NCBI RefSeq assembly: GCF_018977255.1 | Contig: NW_024704743.1 | Location: forward strand, 20,338,001 to 20,398,000 | Source of the DNA: Callorhinchus milii | Taxonomy: Eukaryota | Direction of reading: 5' to 3' | DNA: 60,000 nt | Part shown: in pieces, positions 13,303-25,539 of the stretch | How the letters are laid out: the number at the start of each line of letters is the position of its first letter | How positions within the stretch are numbered: position 1 is the first letter of the stretch | Notes under the pieces: model-generated | Databases searched by the model: none | Told to the model about the DNA's origin: nothing | What the model saw: the letters and a program-made list of their open reading frames with translations, nothing else | Made by a program: the position numbers and the translations under genes

Positions 13303-13617
13303 TGGAGTCCTGTAGCTCAGTGGTTAGAGCACTCGCTTTGCAAGCGAGAGACCTGAGTTCAATTCCAGGCAGAGGGCAAAACCTTGGGCAAGTTTCCTTA
13401 CTCCACACGCCTAATAATAATCCCTCCAAAACAAAAAACAATAATAAATTGGTCATTTATAATCTATGACCGTTTGTGGGACATTGCTGTGCGCAATTGG
13501 CTGCCGCGTTCGCCCACAAATATACAGTCAATTCACTTTACAGTGTGTTCTGTGAAGCGCTTTGGGACGTCCTCCCGACATGAAAAGCGCTATATCAAAT
13601 GCAAGGATTATTATTAT
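13303..13617 (+). mobile_element. Young full-length tRNA-derived SINE (partial Deu domain, L2-type tail)
   Basis: Head TGGAGTCCTGTAGCTCAGTGGTTAGAGC..GAGTTCAATTCC carries A/B boxes and a TGC anticodon-like arm. The body has TTGCTGTGCGCAATTGGCTGCCGCGTT and the tail is AAGCGCTTTGGGACGTCC..AAGCGCTATATCAAATGCAAG(ATT)n. Near-identical to three other copies in the window. Confidence 0.92.
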
Positions 13618-15694
13618 AAGATAAAGCCAGACCTTCACACAAGAGAGAGGGAAATAGAAGAGAATGAGTGAAGACTCATGTGGAGCTTATACACCAATAT
13701 GGACTGGTTGGGCTGAGTTGCCTGTTTCTGTGCTGTATATTTTTTGTAAACTTTGTAAAATTTGCATGTATAGAGCCCGAACATTGTGGCAGACGAGGGG
13801 GGGGGGGAATGGTAGAGGAAGACAACCAAATGCACAGTCAAACTTTACAAAATGGGAGAGGGAGATTGCATGGCAGAGGGATTTAGAAAAAGTCTCAAGA
13901 GAGCTGGGTAAAATTGCTGAAAGCTCAGCAAGATGGGAGCTGTCATGAAGTAGGCCAGAGTTGGCAGAGTGGAGGAGTGCATAAGGGAATGGGACTGCAG
14001 AGAGTGGGACTCAAAGAGAGGGGTTCAGACAAGGGTATGGGAGGCATTTAAAATGTTAGAACAAAGTTAATTTGTAAGGCAGTCAGTGGAGTCTTAGAAA
14101 GATGGATTTGGTGAGCCTGGTTTGGAAAAGGATATGGAGTGCAGAGTTTCCAATGATCTGTAGCTTGTGGAGGGTTGAGCTGGGAAGACTGGCTGGCTGG
14201 ACCAAACAGGGAGTGTGCCAGAAAACTATTCAAACCAGAGCATTTGTCCAGCATTATTCTTCGTTTTTCTCCAAATAATCATTTGTGTGTGAATGTAAAT
14301 ATATCAACAGAATTCATACTTAAGATGAACTCATCTATGACATAACCTACTATTTCAGACTTTCTATAATAAATTTACTGTAAATTTAGCCATTAGAAAT
14401 TATTTGCTTATGCTGCCCTGATCTCACTGAGCTTATCTGGTACAAGTACATAGAGATTTTGAAATCCAGAGAAATTACTATGGAAACTTGGTAACAAGAT
14501 CAATAACCTTTGAATATTTATTCACAATTACGAAATCCTGAAGCTCTATACTGAAATATTTATCCAAATAGATTTTGAGGTTTAAGACATTAAAGTATCA
14601 ATCCAAATCTAGGATGTATACTAATTAATTCATTGGAATTCCTTGGCAGTCCAATAAACCAATATGGTCTGTGGCTACTTTGCTAAATTGGAGATTAAAC
14701 TGATCAGATTACTGATAAATTTTATTTTGCATTTTTTTAGATGCTCAAATTTCCATTTATAAAAAGAGGGAAGGAATCATGAGTCTAGATCTGTGTACTG
14801 TTTTTAAAAACGCAAAAAGGAATTTTTTTCTATTTCTTGGGAAAAGCTATGCGATGATTATTAATGATAATACTGAAGAGAACTATACATTTAACTTAAA
14901 AGCATTTTACCAAAGATTATAGATCATTGTCAAAGGATTAAAATTTTACAATATACCGAGTCTCAAATTGGGCACTAATGCACCTACGTTTTTGAGTTGC
15001 CACCTAAAATTGCTCATTTAGTTGCTACTAGGCTTTGGCGTATGGTAATTGGTGACATTTCAAATGACTTTGCTCCAAAAAAGGACAACCTTGCTCCAAA
15101 CATAGATTACTTACATTATACCTGTAATTCTCATTTTACAAATGGGATCTTCACGTATAAAATGAGCAATTCCTCATGCTCTAAACCTGAGAGAAAAAAG
15201 ATAAATTAGGCCTCTCTCGTCTTCTTTAAACACTTAGATCCCATTTTCCCTTAACAATGTGCACAATCAGACACATAACAGTGCATAATCGCAGAGGGAG
15301 TCTATTTTTTTTAATCAACTCTAACATAGATGGAGAAATGTGTAGAGGACATTGCTTCCATTATTTGTACAAAAATGTACAAAATTGTGTTAATTCCATC
15401 AAAAGGGATCAATCTTCATAACTGGGCCATCATAAGATCAGTGTATAATAAACTAACAGTGCGCTATTTAGGGCATTCTGCCTTTAAAATGATATTAGTG
15501 TGATATTAATGCGTTTCAGAGAGGGGCCAGAAAAGAGCAAAGTTGATTCCCGGAACATGTGAACTGTTAAGAGGTACAGAATGCTAGAGAAAATTGAGGG
15601 AGGAAATATAATGCAGGAATTTAAGATACTGAAAAGTATTGATTAATATATAGATTATTTGACTTATGAGCACAGAACTGGAATGCAAGAAATA

Positions 15695-16285
15695 ACTGGC
15701 ATTTACATAGCACCCTTCGCACAGGGTAGCATCTTGGAGCACTTAACAATGGCAGAGCCTGAAGCCGAGGAGGGAAGGGGGAACGCGGGGGTTTAAACCG
15801 CAAGCACGGCCGGAGAGGAAGGTCTTCAGGCATGTTCTGAAAATGGGGAAGGAGGGAGAGTGTTCCACAGTTTCAGAGCTTAGTGGTTGAAAGTACAGCC
15901 GCTTATGGTGGAGTGTAGGGGCTAAGCAGGAGGGCAGTGCCAGCCGCATGGAGGTGGCGGGTAGTGGAGTGGAGAGGTCAGATAGGCAGGGAGATGCCAG
16001 GGCATGAAGCAATTTGTAGACTAATGCCACAATCTTGAAGTCAATCCGTACTGGGATAGGGATTCAATGGCGCCTTACAAGGACTGGTATGATAGGATCA
16101 TGGTGTTTCGAGGGGTTGAGGATACAGGCGGTGGAGTTTTGAATCAGTTGGATTTTGTGGACAGTGGAACTAGGCAGACCAGCAAAAAGGGTATTGGAAT
16201 AGTCGAGGCAGGAAATGATGAAAGTATGGACAAGAGTTTCGGCTATGCTGGGTGTGAGGTACAGTTGGAGGTAAAATACACAGAT
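15695..16285 (-). mobile_element. L2-clade LINE 3' fragment
   Basis: AETLVHTFIISCLDYSNTLFAGLP..IQLIQNSTACIL, FRTCLKTFL and a tail. Confidence 0.88.
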
Positions 16286-16299
16286 TTGAGTCTTCAAGC

Positions 16300-17000
16300 A
16301 AGACCACAAATTATAGCCTCAGAGTCAGAAGGTTGTGGGTTTAAGCTTCGTGTGACATAGGACTCAGGCTGGATTGACTCTCGTGCATTCACCCCAGTTT
16401 ACCTGCAAATTACTCTTTTTAAGATATCCATCTAGTTCCTCCTGAAAGCTAATAGGGTTTTTGCCTCGACCACTACACCTGGTAAAGTATTCCACATCTA
16501 AACACCTGCACGTTTGTGCTGGTGTGTGCGTGTATATAATCTTCCCTCTCATTCATTAAATATCTTAAAATTAATACCAATAAGGTGCTATATCAGCTCT
16601 CAATTTAATTATAGAGCTGGAGAATCCAATAACCTATCAAATGCTTCTGTATATGTCGTCAAGAAATACAAAAATATATTTTTCTTGGTTTGGTCAAGCT
16701 TGCACCCTTTTCAATGCAGGGCTGAGGGTGCGCTGCATTGTTGGAGGTGCCATCCTTCAGATGAAATACTAAACCAAGTCCCGTCTGTCTGCGTGGCACT
16801 ATTCGAAAAGAGTTTCTCCCAGTGTCCAGGCTAACAAGCCCCTAAATAAAAAAAATGGTCACTCACTCCATGGCTACTGGTGGGATATTGCACATAAATC
16901 TGCTGCCACATACGCCCCAAAATACAGTCACACACCACTGTACAGTATATTTTGTGAAGTGCTTTGAAACACATATAAGGTGCTATATCAAGTGCAATGA
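16300..17000 (+). mobile_element. Ancient DeuSINE (SacSINE1/AmnSINE1-like full Deu domain), interrupted by a CR1 3' fragment at ~16375-16660
   Basis: Head remnant GCCTCAGAGTCAGAAGGTTGTGGGTT; Deu motifs GGAGGTGCCATCCTTCAGATGAAATACTAAACC, GTGGCACTATTCGAA and GTGTCCAGGCTAAC; L2 tail. Boundaries approximate. Confidence 0.75.
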
Positions 17001-17024
17001 TGATGATGATTATTATTATAATAA

Positions 17025-17195
17025 ATAACATTGGTCACTCACTCCATGATTGGTTGTGGGACAATGCTGTGCATAAATTGGCCACCAGGTTCGCCCACAA
17101 AATACACATAGCTGCACACTTTACAGTATATTATGTGAAGCGGTTTGAGACAGCTCAACGACAGCACATCATTAAATGCAAGAATGATTTATTAT
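17025..17195 (+). mobile_element. SINE 3' half, tandem to the preceding copy
   Basis: Deu 3' part plus tail. Confidence 0.8.
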
Positions 17196-19289
17196 AAATT
17201 CTTTAATAGGAAAAAAATTACAATTGCCTTCCCCTTCAAAATCCAAGGAAGTTTTAGTAACAGAAAAAGAAACACCAGGCAGAATTTCCTATCAACAGAA
17301 ACAACTTACTTGCTGGAAAACATAGAAATGTAGGCACGGTGAAAGAGGTAGGTTGGAGAAAAATCACAGAGGTAGGGTGTTGCGAGCACAAGTGAGTATT
17401 TGCAGTTGAAACTGAAAATCTTGAAATCTATCTGCAGTGAGCCACAGAAGGCCAGTGGGGTTGATGGACATGCAAAGCTGTTGCTGGTAAGAATGGGAGT
17501 GGCCAAGTCTTGGATCAGCTGGAGTTTGTCGCTAATTCAAACCACAGAAACTTACAGTTTGGGAGAAGGCCATTTCAGCCTATTGTTCGAAACACCAATT
17601 CATTCACCTCAACTTACCCGCCTTTTAGAAATGTTCACATTTGGTAGAGATTTGACTTTTTTTAAAAAAAAGGAGGCACCAATATGAAAGACATTATATT
17701 TGTATATACTGGGAAATGTTTTGAGCTCAAATTAAAATCAGGTCTCATTTATTCAGTTCTCACTGATAAAAGTTCTACAATCTTTTAGCTAGGATTTTAT
17801 TATAGTAGCTCTCCAAATTATGGTTAAGATTTGTTTCTTGCAGAAAACTTCCCTTTTATTTGGCTGAATTTTCTCAACACTCTCATATTATTATATAATA
17901 TAAAATATATACATGCACGCACTGTATAGAGCATGGAAACAACCTATTAAGATTATCAAGTTTCAAGTCTTTACAAAGGTTCAAATCCAACCCAGAGTCT
18001 CAACTGAATGGCTAGTGGTCACAGATCTACTTCACATGACTAAACCGGCGATCTCACTCAAAAGGAATACAGGAAGGCTAGTGTGAAAATTGACAACATA
18101 TGGATTAGTAGAATTTTTTTTAAAAAACTACCACCATGCTTGAGAGTATCCAAACCAAACTGAGAATTCCATGCATCCCACCTACCCATGGTAATCCCAG
18201 AGATAAGATTGATGGAATAGAATGCACACTCACTTCCTGAAGAGGTGCATCCTGCTTACCCAATTCTGAAAAATATTAGGTGCAGGTTGGCAAGAGCCAA
18301 GCCTCGGGACCCCAGAGTGTGAGTTGAGGTACCGCTGGAGTATAACTGCATAACTTGCCATTGATATTACTGTCTGACAAGCTTTCCTGCTGCTTCTCCA
18401 GCTTGGACCAACCTACCAGTTAACTTGCAGAGTTAACAGGAGCTGAGAGGGATGACTCCCTGCCCCCAGTGAATGGTCTGCCTTTCAAGGTGATGTTATC
18501 TGCAGTATCCTAGAATACTGCAGACCGCCCCCCCCCCCCCCCCCGGCTCAGGAACCAGACTACTGAGACCACCGCAGAGGGCTGCCTCGATTTCAACATT
18601 CCGTTGTTACACATGTCACCTTGGAGCCAGTTCATCTCCAAGGAGACCCCGTTTACATTTCCCCCCCCCGCCTGCCTAGTGGATAACTAGTTGGTCATTC
18701 AACATCCGACAAGTGTGGGTTTGCGCCCTCACTAAGTGGATGGTAGGTACCCGGAACATCTGCGAGCTTCCCGGTGGGCAACACATCTCAGAATGAAATG
18801 CGCGACAGCATTGCCACAATCTTCCAGTCCGCAGCTCGGGCACACATCCCTTCCCATTGAGCGATGGTTCCATCAACTGGAGTGGCGGATTTTAAGCAGG
18901 AGATGCGCGCCTCTCTGCAGGCCAATAGATTCCAGGTGCTCCACTTTGCATCTGGCGATACTGGATGTTGTTTGGAAAAAAATCTTCATTTCAAAGTATT
19001 AGCATCCTAAATCATGATGAGCGAACACAACATTCACAAAAATAACGTACTTGCTTTACTTTTTGGACTCAGTTTACATTACATCTCTTTGGTGGTTCCC
19101 TCTTCATCCTGTTTTTAATTCCATCCAATCCACCCCTAACAGCAGACCAGTTACTGGGTGCAGGGACTCTATCCACTCAGCTTCTGTTAACCCTACAAGC
19201 CAAAGCTCTGATGGATAGGCTAGTCCGAGCTGGACAAGCAGCAGGAAGGTTACACAAGCCATCCCCACCCCATGTCTGTCTGTACCAGC

Positions 19290-19670
19290 TACTTATCCCC
19301 AGCGAAGTCAACATTAAGATCTTCATCCTTACCTTCAAATGCCTCTAATGGCCTTCCCCACTCTCCTACAATTTCCTGTGGTCCTACTTCCAACTACTTC
19401 ACCAACTCAGTCAGTTTCATGTCTCTCACTCGTTCCACTTATTATTGTGGGGAGTGCTTTTCAGCCATTTCTCCTCCCCTCCACACACTTTCTGGAACCC
19501 GCTTCTCATATCTCTGTCTTCCTCCCTACTTTCAAAACCTTTATGACTGCACTTATAGTCACTCCATCACGATCCTCCTAGTTCGGGCTCCCAAACTGTC
19601 TCTATAAAGTGCTTCAAAACATTCTTATACTGCACAGTAAACCCACCAAGCATGGCAGTGTACGTTTATA
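19290..19670 (+). mobile_element. Degenerate L2 3' fragment
   Basis: Pyrimidine-rich L2 C-terminal remnant (GCTTTTCAGCCA, CCTACTTTCAAAACC) and a degenerate tail. Confidence 0.55.
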
Positions 19671-19911
19671 AATATCTAATCGATACATTTGTCTGTAAAT
19701 TGTTGGTCAAGAACTGGTAAAGACTACTCAGAGGATAAACCAGATTTTGTCAATATTGAAAAAAATAAAGCTTGACCATTCATTTCAATAAAGATGGCAA
19801 ACAACTTACACAAAAGTTACAGTTCTTAAGAGTTCTTATAAAATCTGCAAAAGTTTTCATTCATATGTTAAACTGTATACTTACAAACACCACTTTCAAA
19901 TTGTGTTTACA

Positions 19912-20023
19912 ATCACTTCCCCCCTCCCTCTCCCCCCGGCTCGGGGTCAGACTTCGCCACTGTTAAGCGCTGTGGGATGCTACCCGGCGTAAAAAGCACT
20001 ACATAAATGCAAATTGTTGTTGT
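19912..20023 (+). mobile_element. L2 3' UTR/tail
   Basis: CTGTTAAGCGCTGTGGGATGCTACCCGGCGTAAAAAGCACTACATAAATGCAAATTGTTGTTG. Confidence 0.8.
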
Positions 20024-20266
20024 ACAAACAACAGACAGCAATTGTTTGGAAGGAACTGTGCAAGACCTAATTCTATATTTGATTGCTTCAATTAGAGTCA
20101 ACATATGAAGAGTACAAACTGTTCTGAAACTAAGATAAGATCAATCACTTGACTGCAATAAGAGTATAGTTTGCCAAATGTCAAACAACAATTTGTATTT
20201 ACATAGCAAATGTGAGTTCTTGCCTTTAATTTTATCTTAAGATGGGCCTCCTTGCTCTGTATGGTT

Positions 20267-20733
20267 CAACAACAACTTGGATTTATATAGCATCGTCCAC
20301 GCAGGACGGCGTCTCAGAGCGCTTTATAGTAACGGATCTCGGGGCCGAGCCAGGGGGATGGGGAAGAAGGTGACCAAAGGTGCAGTCGAAGAGAAAGGTC
20401 TTTAGCAGGGACCTGAAAATAGGAAGAGAAGGAGCGAGGCGAATGGAGCGAGGAAGGGAATTCCAGAGCCTCGGGGCATAGTGGCTGAAGGCACGGCCGC
20501 CGAGGGTGGAGCGGTGGACTCGGGGGATGAGGAGGAGGCCAGATCTGGAGGAACAAAGACAACGGGTACTGTTTTGAGGAGAGAGGAAGTCAGAGGGGTA
20601 GGGGGATGCAGAGGAGTGGAGAGATTTGAATACAAGGGTGAGGATCTTGAAGTCGATCCTCTCTGGGACAGGCAGCCAGTGCAGTCTGGCAAGGACTGGG
20701 GTAATCGGGGAGCAGAGTTTGGTGCGTTCAATT
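20267..20733 (-). mobile_element. L2-clade LINE 3' fragment (young)
   Basis: ORF SPITPVLARLHWLPVPERIDFKILTLVFKSLH..GGRAFSHYAPRLWNSLP..FRSLLKTFLFD; (CAA)n tail on the + strand; highly similar to 12405-13050. Confidence 0.92.
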
Positions 20734-21351
20734 ACAATAAGCAATGACTTTATCAATTGAATCATTAGGGGGAAATTTGGGGCTTCATTTTAACTAATTA
20801 TGCAACACATTAGACTGTTTGAAAGAATTTAGAAACACCCTGAAGCAATCTCCACTATTTGCTAAAAGTAGCTCACCCTCTAGCCATCCTCCCCCAATCT
20901 AAGATATCAAAATTGCACCATACCACAGGCACAAGTGAGCACAGAAGTAAACACTGAACTGTACCACTAGGTCACTTCATGTTCTGAAGGGCTGACTGAT
21001 CAAATACATTAATGATGGTGGATAACCTACATCATATAAACTATTTTCTGCATTAAAACTGCAACTTTCAGTACAAATTTACAATCAAATCATATACAAT
21101 TGGGAAAACGGATCAGCATACTCCATCTAAAAACTTGAGAGAATAGGCGTCTCATAATGGCCGAGTGTATAATAGTCATACAGATAAGAACATTGTAAAT
21201 AGGTCTATGCTGTTAGTTAATCGGGTAGTAAAATTGGTCTCAGCACCCCAACTTTAGGAGAGGAAAACTTGCTGTGGTTCCAACGTTTCATTTCAATCCC
21301 TATATAACTATCCCTGTAACTCTTCATTAGTATTACTATTACTCTTATTAA

Positions 21352-21445
21352 CAATAATAATACTTGTATTTGATATAGCACCTTATCATGTTTGAGACTT
21401 CTCAAAGCACTTCACAGAATACATTGTAAAGTGAATTGACTGTAT
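21352..21445 (-). mobile_element. SINE 3' tail fragment
   Basis: Same tail motif as at 3018-3125. Confidence 0.8.
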
Positions 21446-23715
21446 CTTTCCCCTGCTTTAAGGCAGGCATGTGTGGATGTTGATTGAGTATGTGACTGGG
21501 ATTCAGCTGCGATACCCCCTGCAGTCAATTAGGCTGTTCAGTAACATTTAAGACTCACACATTCACAAAATTTACATTTTAGTGAAGTTCTGAAGAGTAC
21601 CCCAGGGCTGTTTAACTGAAGTGCTAACTTGTACCTCAGAAGGAAAAGACTCAAATGGCTTCAATACGAATTTACATTTATATAACACCTTTCACCTCAG
21701 GAAGATGTCCCAAACACTTGCTGGCTTGGCATCTGAGATGGGGGTGTGAGCTAAGGGGGGGAATAGGTAGTCTCGAGACAGACCTTGAACTAAGTAAGGG
21801 AGGTAGCGAGTCAGAAGGACTCAGGAGAGGAAGGACAAGAAAATCAAGAAAAATATGACAAGTTCATAGGAGGAAAGTGAATAAATAGTTGAAATTTAAA
21901 TATTTTCCAGAAAGTGACTGGTGAATATATTAAATAAATGACAGCGAGATCATGGAGGCTGATTGCATCTTGTTTAAGAGGGATGAGAGTTATTAGGCAA
22001 AAGAAATTGATCAAGGAGCATGAGGGTTATCGAAGATTTATTTTACTTTGACACTAGCCAGATGAAGCACAATCGTTGTTTTATCCTATATCTATGAAAA
22101 TAACAACTTGGATTTTGATAGTGCCTTTACATGGAAGCACTGAAGGATTTTACAAAATGTAACCAATTGAAAATTAAGTGAATAAACTATGCCAGCCACA
22201 ACTAATAAACAAGATGCACAGCCAATTAATTCTAATTTGCTGGCAAATTTGGATTAAAAAGGGAATATAAAACATGATGGAATCAGAAGGAAGACCATTT
22301 CTTTGAAATCACTTTACATCCACCTGAATGACAACAGATAAAAACCTAAAATTATCATCAAAGAATAGGGTGAACAATGGGAATAAATATTGTATATATT
22401 ATACAAAGGATGAAAACTGAAACTGAAGAGATGTTCAGATTTGATATTCGTACTTTGGACTCCTTGAATCTTGATTTTGCAATGAAAGTGTCTGTGTTCA
22501 GAATTCTTAAGCAATTGTACAATATAATCGTAAACGCAATAAGCAAAGTAAAAGTTGTTGCTCAGAGATTACATCTTATTTTGGGATAAAAAGATTAAGT
22601 TACTCTGCAATAGAGGTCATCTTTCCATTCTTTGTTCTCCTCTAATGCGCTTTACTTCTCATCACTATGGAACAGACTTGCAACTCAAAAGGAATTTGCA
22701 GCAGCTTGAACGGTTTTTGAAAAAGCCAGAAAACATGGTTTATAATTACAGAAGATCTCAAAATAGTCAGTGGAATAGCACAACTTTAAATAGAGTCACA
22801 AACTTTTCATTGACTTCCAAACCATCAATCTGCCATATCTTAAAATAGACCAAAGCTTTGAAGTTTTAGGTACCCTTGGTAAAAGCATTTAGCAAGAAAA
22901 GCAGAATTCAAGCAATAATCCTTGAACACAGGCTTCTATATGATACAAGCATAAAATCCACTTTAATTGAATACCATGTCTAAAACTGAAGCTTCATTAC
23001 TGGCTTAAGTCTTTTTCTTTCTGCCTTTTCATGATAAAAACACAGATAAAATTCAACGAACGGTAGCAGGACAAACTACCATCTGGTACCCCATTATTAT
23101 GTGGTCATTCTTCATGTGTGAGCATAGGCGGGAAGTGTCAGCAGTCTAGACGACCATGAAAACACTACCACCAAGCCCATTGTTGGGCTAACCCCTCTCA
23201 CATTTTTCAGCAATGGTCAAAGTACAGATTTATAGCACAGAAGGAAACCAATCGGCTCATTGAATCCATACTGGTGCTAGTTCTTCCGTTTGTTACTCCT
23301 AGCACTGTGCCTCCTTGGGACGGTAGGTGGAGGGAGGTAAGCACTCTCCTTGGAGCTGCACTGGCTCCAGAGCGACTCCAGTGGAATGTGGGAATCAAGT
23401 TAACCTTCTGTGGCAAGTTTTGGTAGTCCAGCTCATGAAACACACCCATCCACAGTACTCCAAGCCACTGTTGATGACAGACTGACCCTGGAGTTAGGAA
23501 TTGTACCCACTTGGCTCCAGTTAACCCTGCAGGGCTTCACTAACAGGCAACGGGTAGAGTGGTCCTAACTGGACAAGATCAAGAAGCTTGCCAGATAATT
23601 TTCTCAATGGCAAACTATGTATTTTTGCTGGATAAACTCTAGCAGTACTCCAACACATACTCTGGGGTGTCTACCCCATGGCTTTTGCCAACCTGCACCT
23701 CATACTCTCCAGAAT

Positions 23716-24018
23716 AATACTTACATTTGTTATAGTACCTCATCACATCTTCAAGACGTCTCAAAGCATCTTCACAGAATATACTGTAAAGTGAATTGAC
23801 TGTATATTTGTGGGAGAAATGCGGCAGCCAATTGCGCACAGCAATGTCCCACAAACAGTCATGGATTGAAGTGACCAATTTATTATTGTTTTTTTCTTGA
23901 GGGATTATCAGGCATATTGAGTAAGGAAACTTGCCCAAGGTTTCGTTCTCCTGCGAATCGAACCCAGATCCCTCGCTGGCGAGGTGAGTGCTCTAACCAC
24001 TGAGCTATAGGACTTCAT
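23716..24018 (-). mobile_element. Full-length tRNA-derived SINE (more diverged) with 14-bp flanking direct repeat
   Basis: Reverse complement of the family consensus; ATACTCTCCAGAAT at 23702-23715 and 24021-24034. Confidence 0.88.
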
Positions 24019-24420
24019 TAATACTCTCCAGAATTAGGTAAGCAGGTTGCAGTTTTCCAAGAAGAGTGTGCATTCCATTCCAAACAAGGTCATTTCTATG
24101 CATAGGATGGAACTCAGCATCTGGCTAGGATACTCTTAAAATCCCTACACAGGTCTCAAAACCACAACCTTTTGACCCACTGACGAGACCCATAGAAGAA
24201 CCAAGAGGTTTATATGAAGAAGGTCCTTATGCCTTTCTCATCTCATGTTTCCAAAATACCAAAACTTCCATCCTCTCATCACAGCACCAACTTTTCTTTT
24301 TTAAAAATGAGTCTAGTGTCTTGGCCTCAAACTCGCTTCCTAGTATCCTGTTCACCCTCTGGGAAAAAAATATTTCTTGTTTATTCACTTTCTCGATCCG
24401 ATTTAAAATCTTATACCACT

Positions 24421-24567
24421 TCAAAACCCTCTTCTTTGACCATGTCATCGGTCAACTTCCCTTTCTCCCCTTTCTCCCTTCCTGGGTCTGAAATGTTGTA
24501 CACTGTCCAGCGCCTTGGGACATCCTCCTGACGTGAAAGGCCCTATACAAATGTATTCTTGTTGTTG
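24421..24567 (+). mobile_element. Short L2 3' end inserted into a CR1
   Basis: KTLFFD remnant, then CTGTCCAGCGCCTTGGGACATCC..(GTT)n. Confidence 0.8.
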
Positions 24568-24627
24568 TATAAAGACCCCTCTGAAAGACCTTCCAAGACT
24601 GTCTAATTATTAACCATAGGTCATTTG

Positions 24628-24948
24628 TGGAGTCCTGTAGCTCAGTGGTTAGAGCACTCGCTTTGCAAGCGAGAGACCTGAGTTCAATTCTAGGCAGGTC
24701 AGGGCGAAACTTGGGCAAGTTTCCTTACTCCACACGCCTAATAATAATCCCTCCAAAACCAAAAACAATAATAAATTGGTCATTTTCAATCTACGACTGT
24801 TTGTGGGACATTGCTGTGTGCAATTGGCTGCCGCGTGCGCCCTCAAATATACAGTCAATTCACTTTACAGTATATTCTGTGAAGCGCTTTGGGACGTCCT
24901 CCCGACGTGAAAAGCGCTAAATCAAATGCAAGGATTATTATTATTATT
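24628..24948 (+). mobile_element. Young full-length tRNA-derived SINE, inserted into a CR1
   Basis: Same head, body and tail as 13303-13617; both flanks are minus-strand CR1 sequence. Confidence 0.92.
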
Positions 24949-25539
24949 CCTCTAACGCCATGGTTTATCCTTGTTGTTCTCCTCTGCACAGCCTCTAAGG
25001 CCCGAACAGCCTCCTTTTGTCATAGTGACGAGAATTGTGCGCAGTATTCTACATATGACCTGACTATAGCAATATACAACTTCAGGAAGTCTTCTGGAGG
25101 TCTGGACTCTGACCTCAGCTAATTTGGCAAGCATCCTATTGAGCTTATTTTTGTTGCTTCACATGGTTTTAATAAGTGCAGACCTGGAGGTACATCACTT
25201 ATTACCTCCCCCATTTTGACTTAGCTTCCCGAGCAACAACCTTCTGTATTTCCTTCCACCAATGTTGAATCAATGTCTATGTGTTACCCTTGATACCCAG
25301 TGAATATCAGTTTGTGAAAGAATCTTTCATGTCAAACACCTTTTGGAAGTCTAGGTACAATCTGTCATATGGCTTCCCAACAGTCAATATGCTGGCATTT
25401 ATAATCCCATCAACCCTCATACAGATACAAGATCACAGAACTCGTAATGGGGAAACCCACCTACATTGCAGGAATCAATTCACGCAAGCTTTTGACCCAA
25501 TGCCTCATAAAGTCCTCATGGAGAACCTGAAAGCTATGG

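Larger units (their letters stand above)
11863..13755 (+). mobile_element. Degenerate CR1 LINE 3' part, interrupted by (TA)n, an L2 and a SINE
   Basis: IFKKGDKANAGNYRPVILTLVVGKVLESII, VLYLDFQEAFDKVP, GDDTKLG and NSLPDVVVESDSIDAF; 3' UTR GGTTGGGCTGAGTTGCCTGTTTCTGTGCTGTA. Confidence 0.88.
24190..25400 (-). mobile_element. Degenerate CR1 LINE 3' part, interrupted by an L2 tail and a SINE
   Basis: YLDFQKVFD, a LEYCAQFWSP-like remnant, LEAVQRRTTRI and YKILNRIEKVNKQEIFF. Confidence 0.85.

Noticed and set aside
13303..13375. tRNA-Ala(TGC)-like sequence (also at 24628, 30877 and 32581)
   Set aside because: These are SINE heads: no proper acceptor stem or terminator, and they continue directly into the SINE body.
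15200..15260. Minus-strand VFKEDER resembling DNAJC1 exon 3 (EVLKDDERR)
   Set aside because: In-frame stop immediately upstream, no splice sites, and the context looks like a decayed CR1 GDLIEVFK motif.
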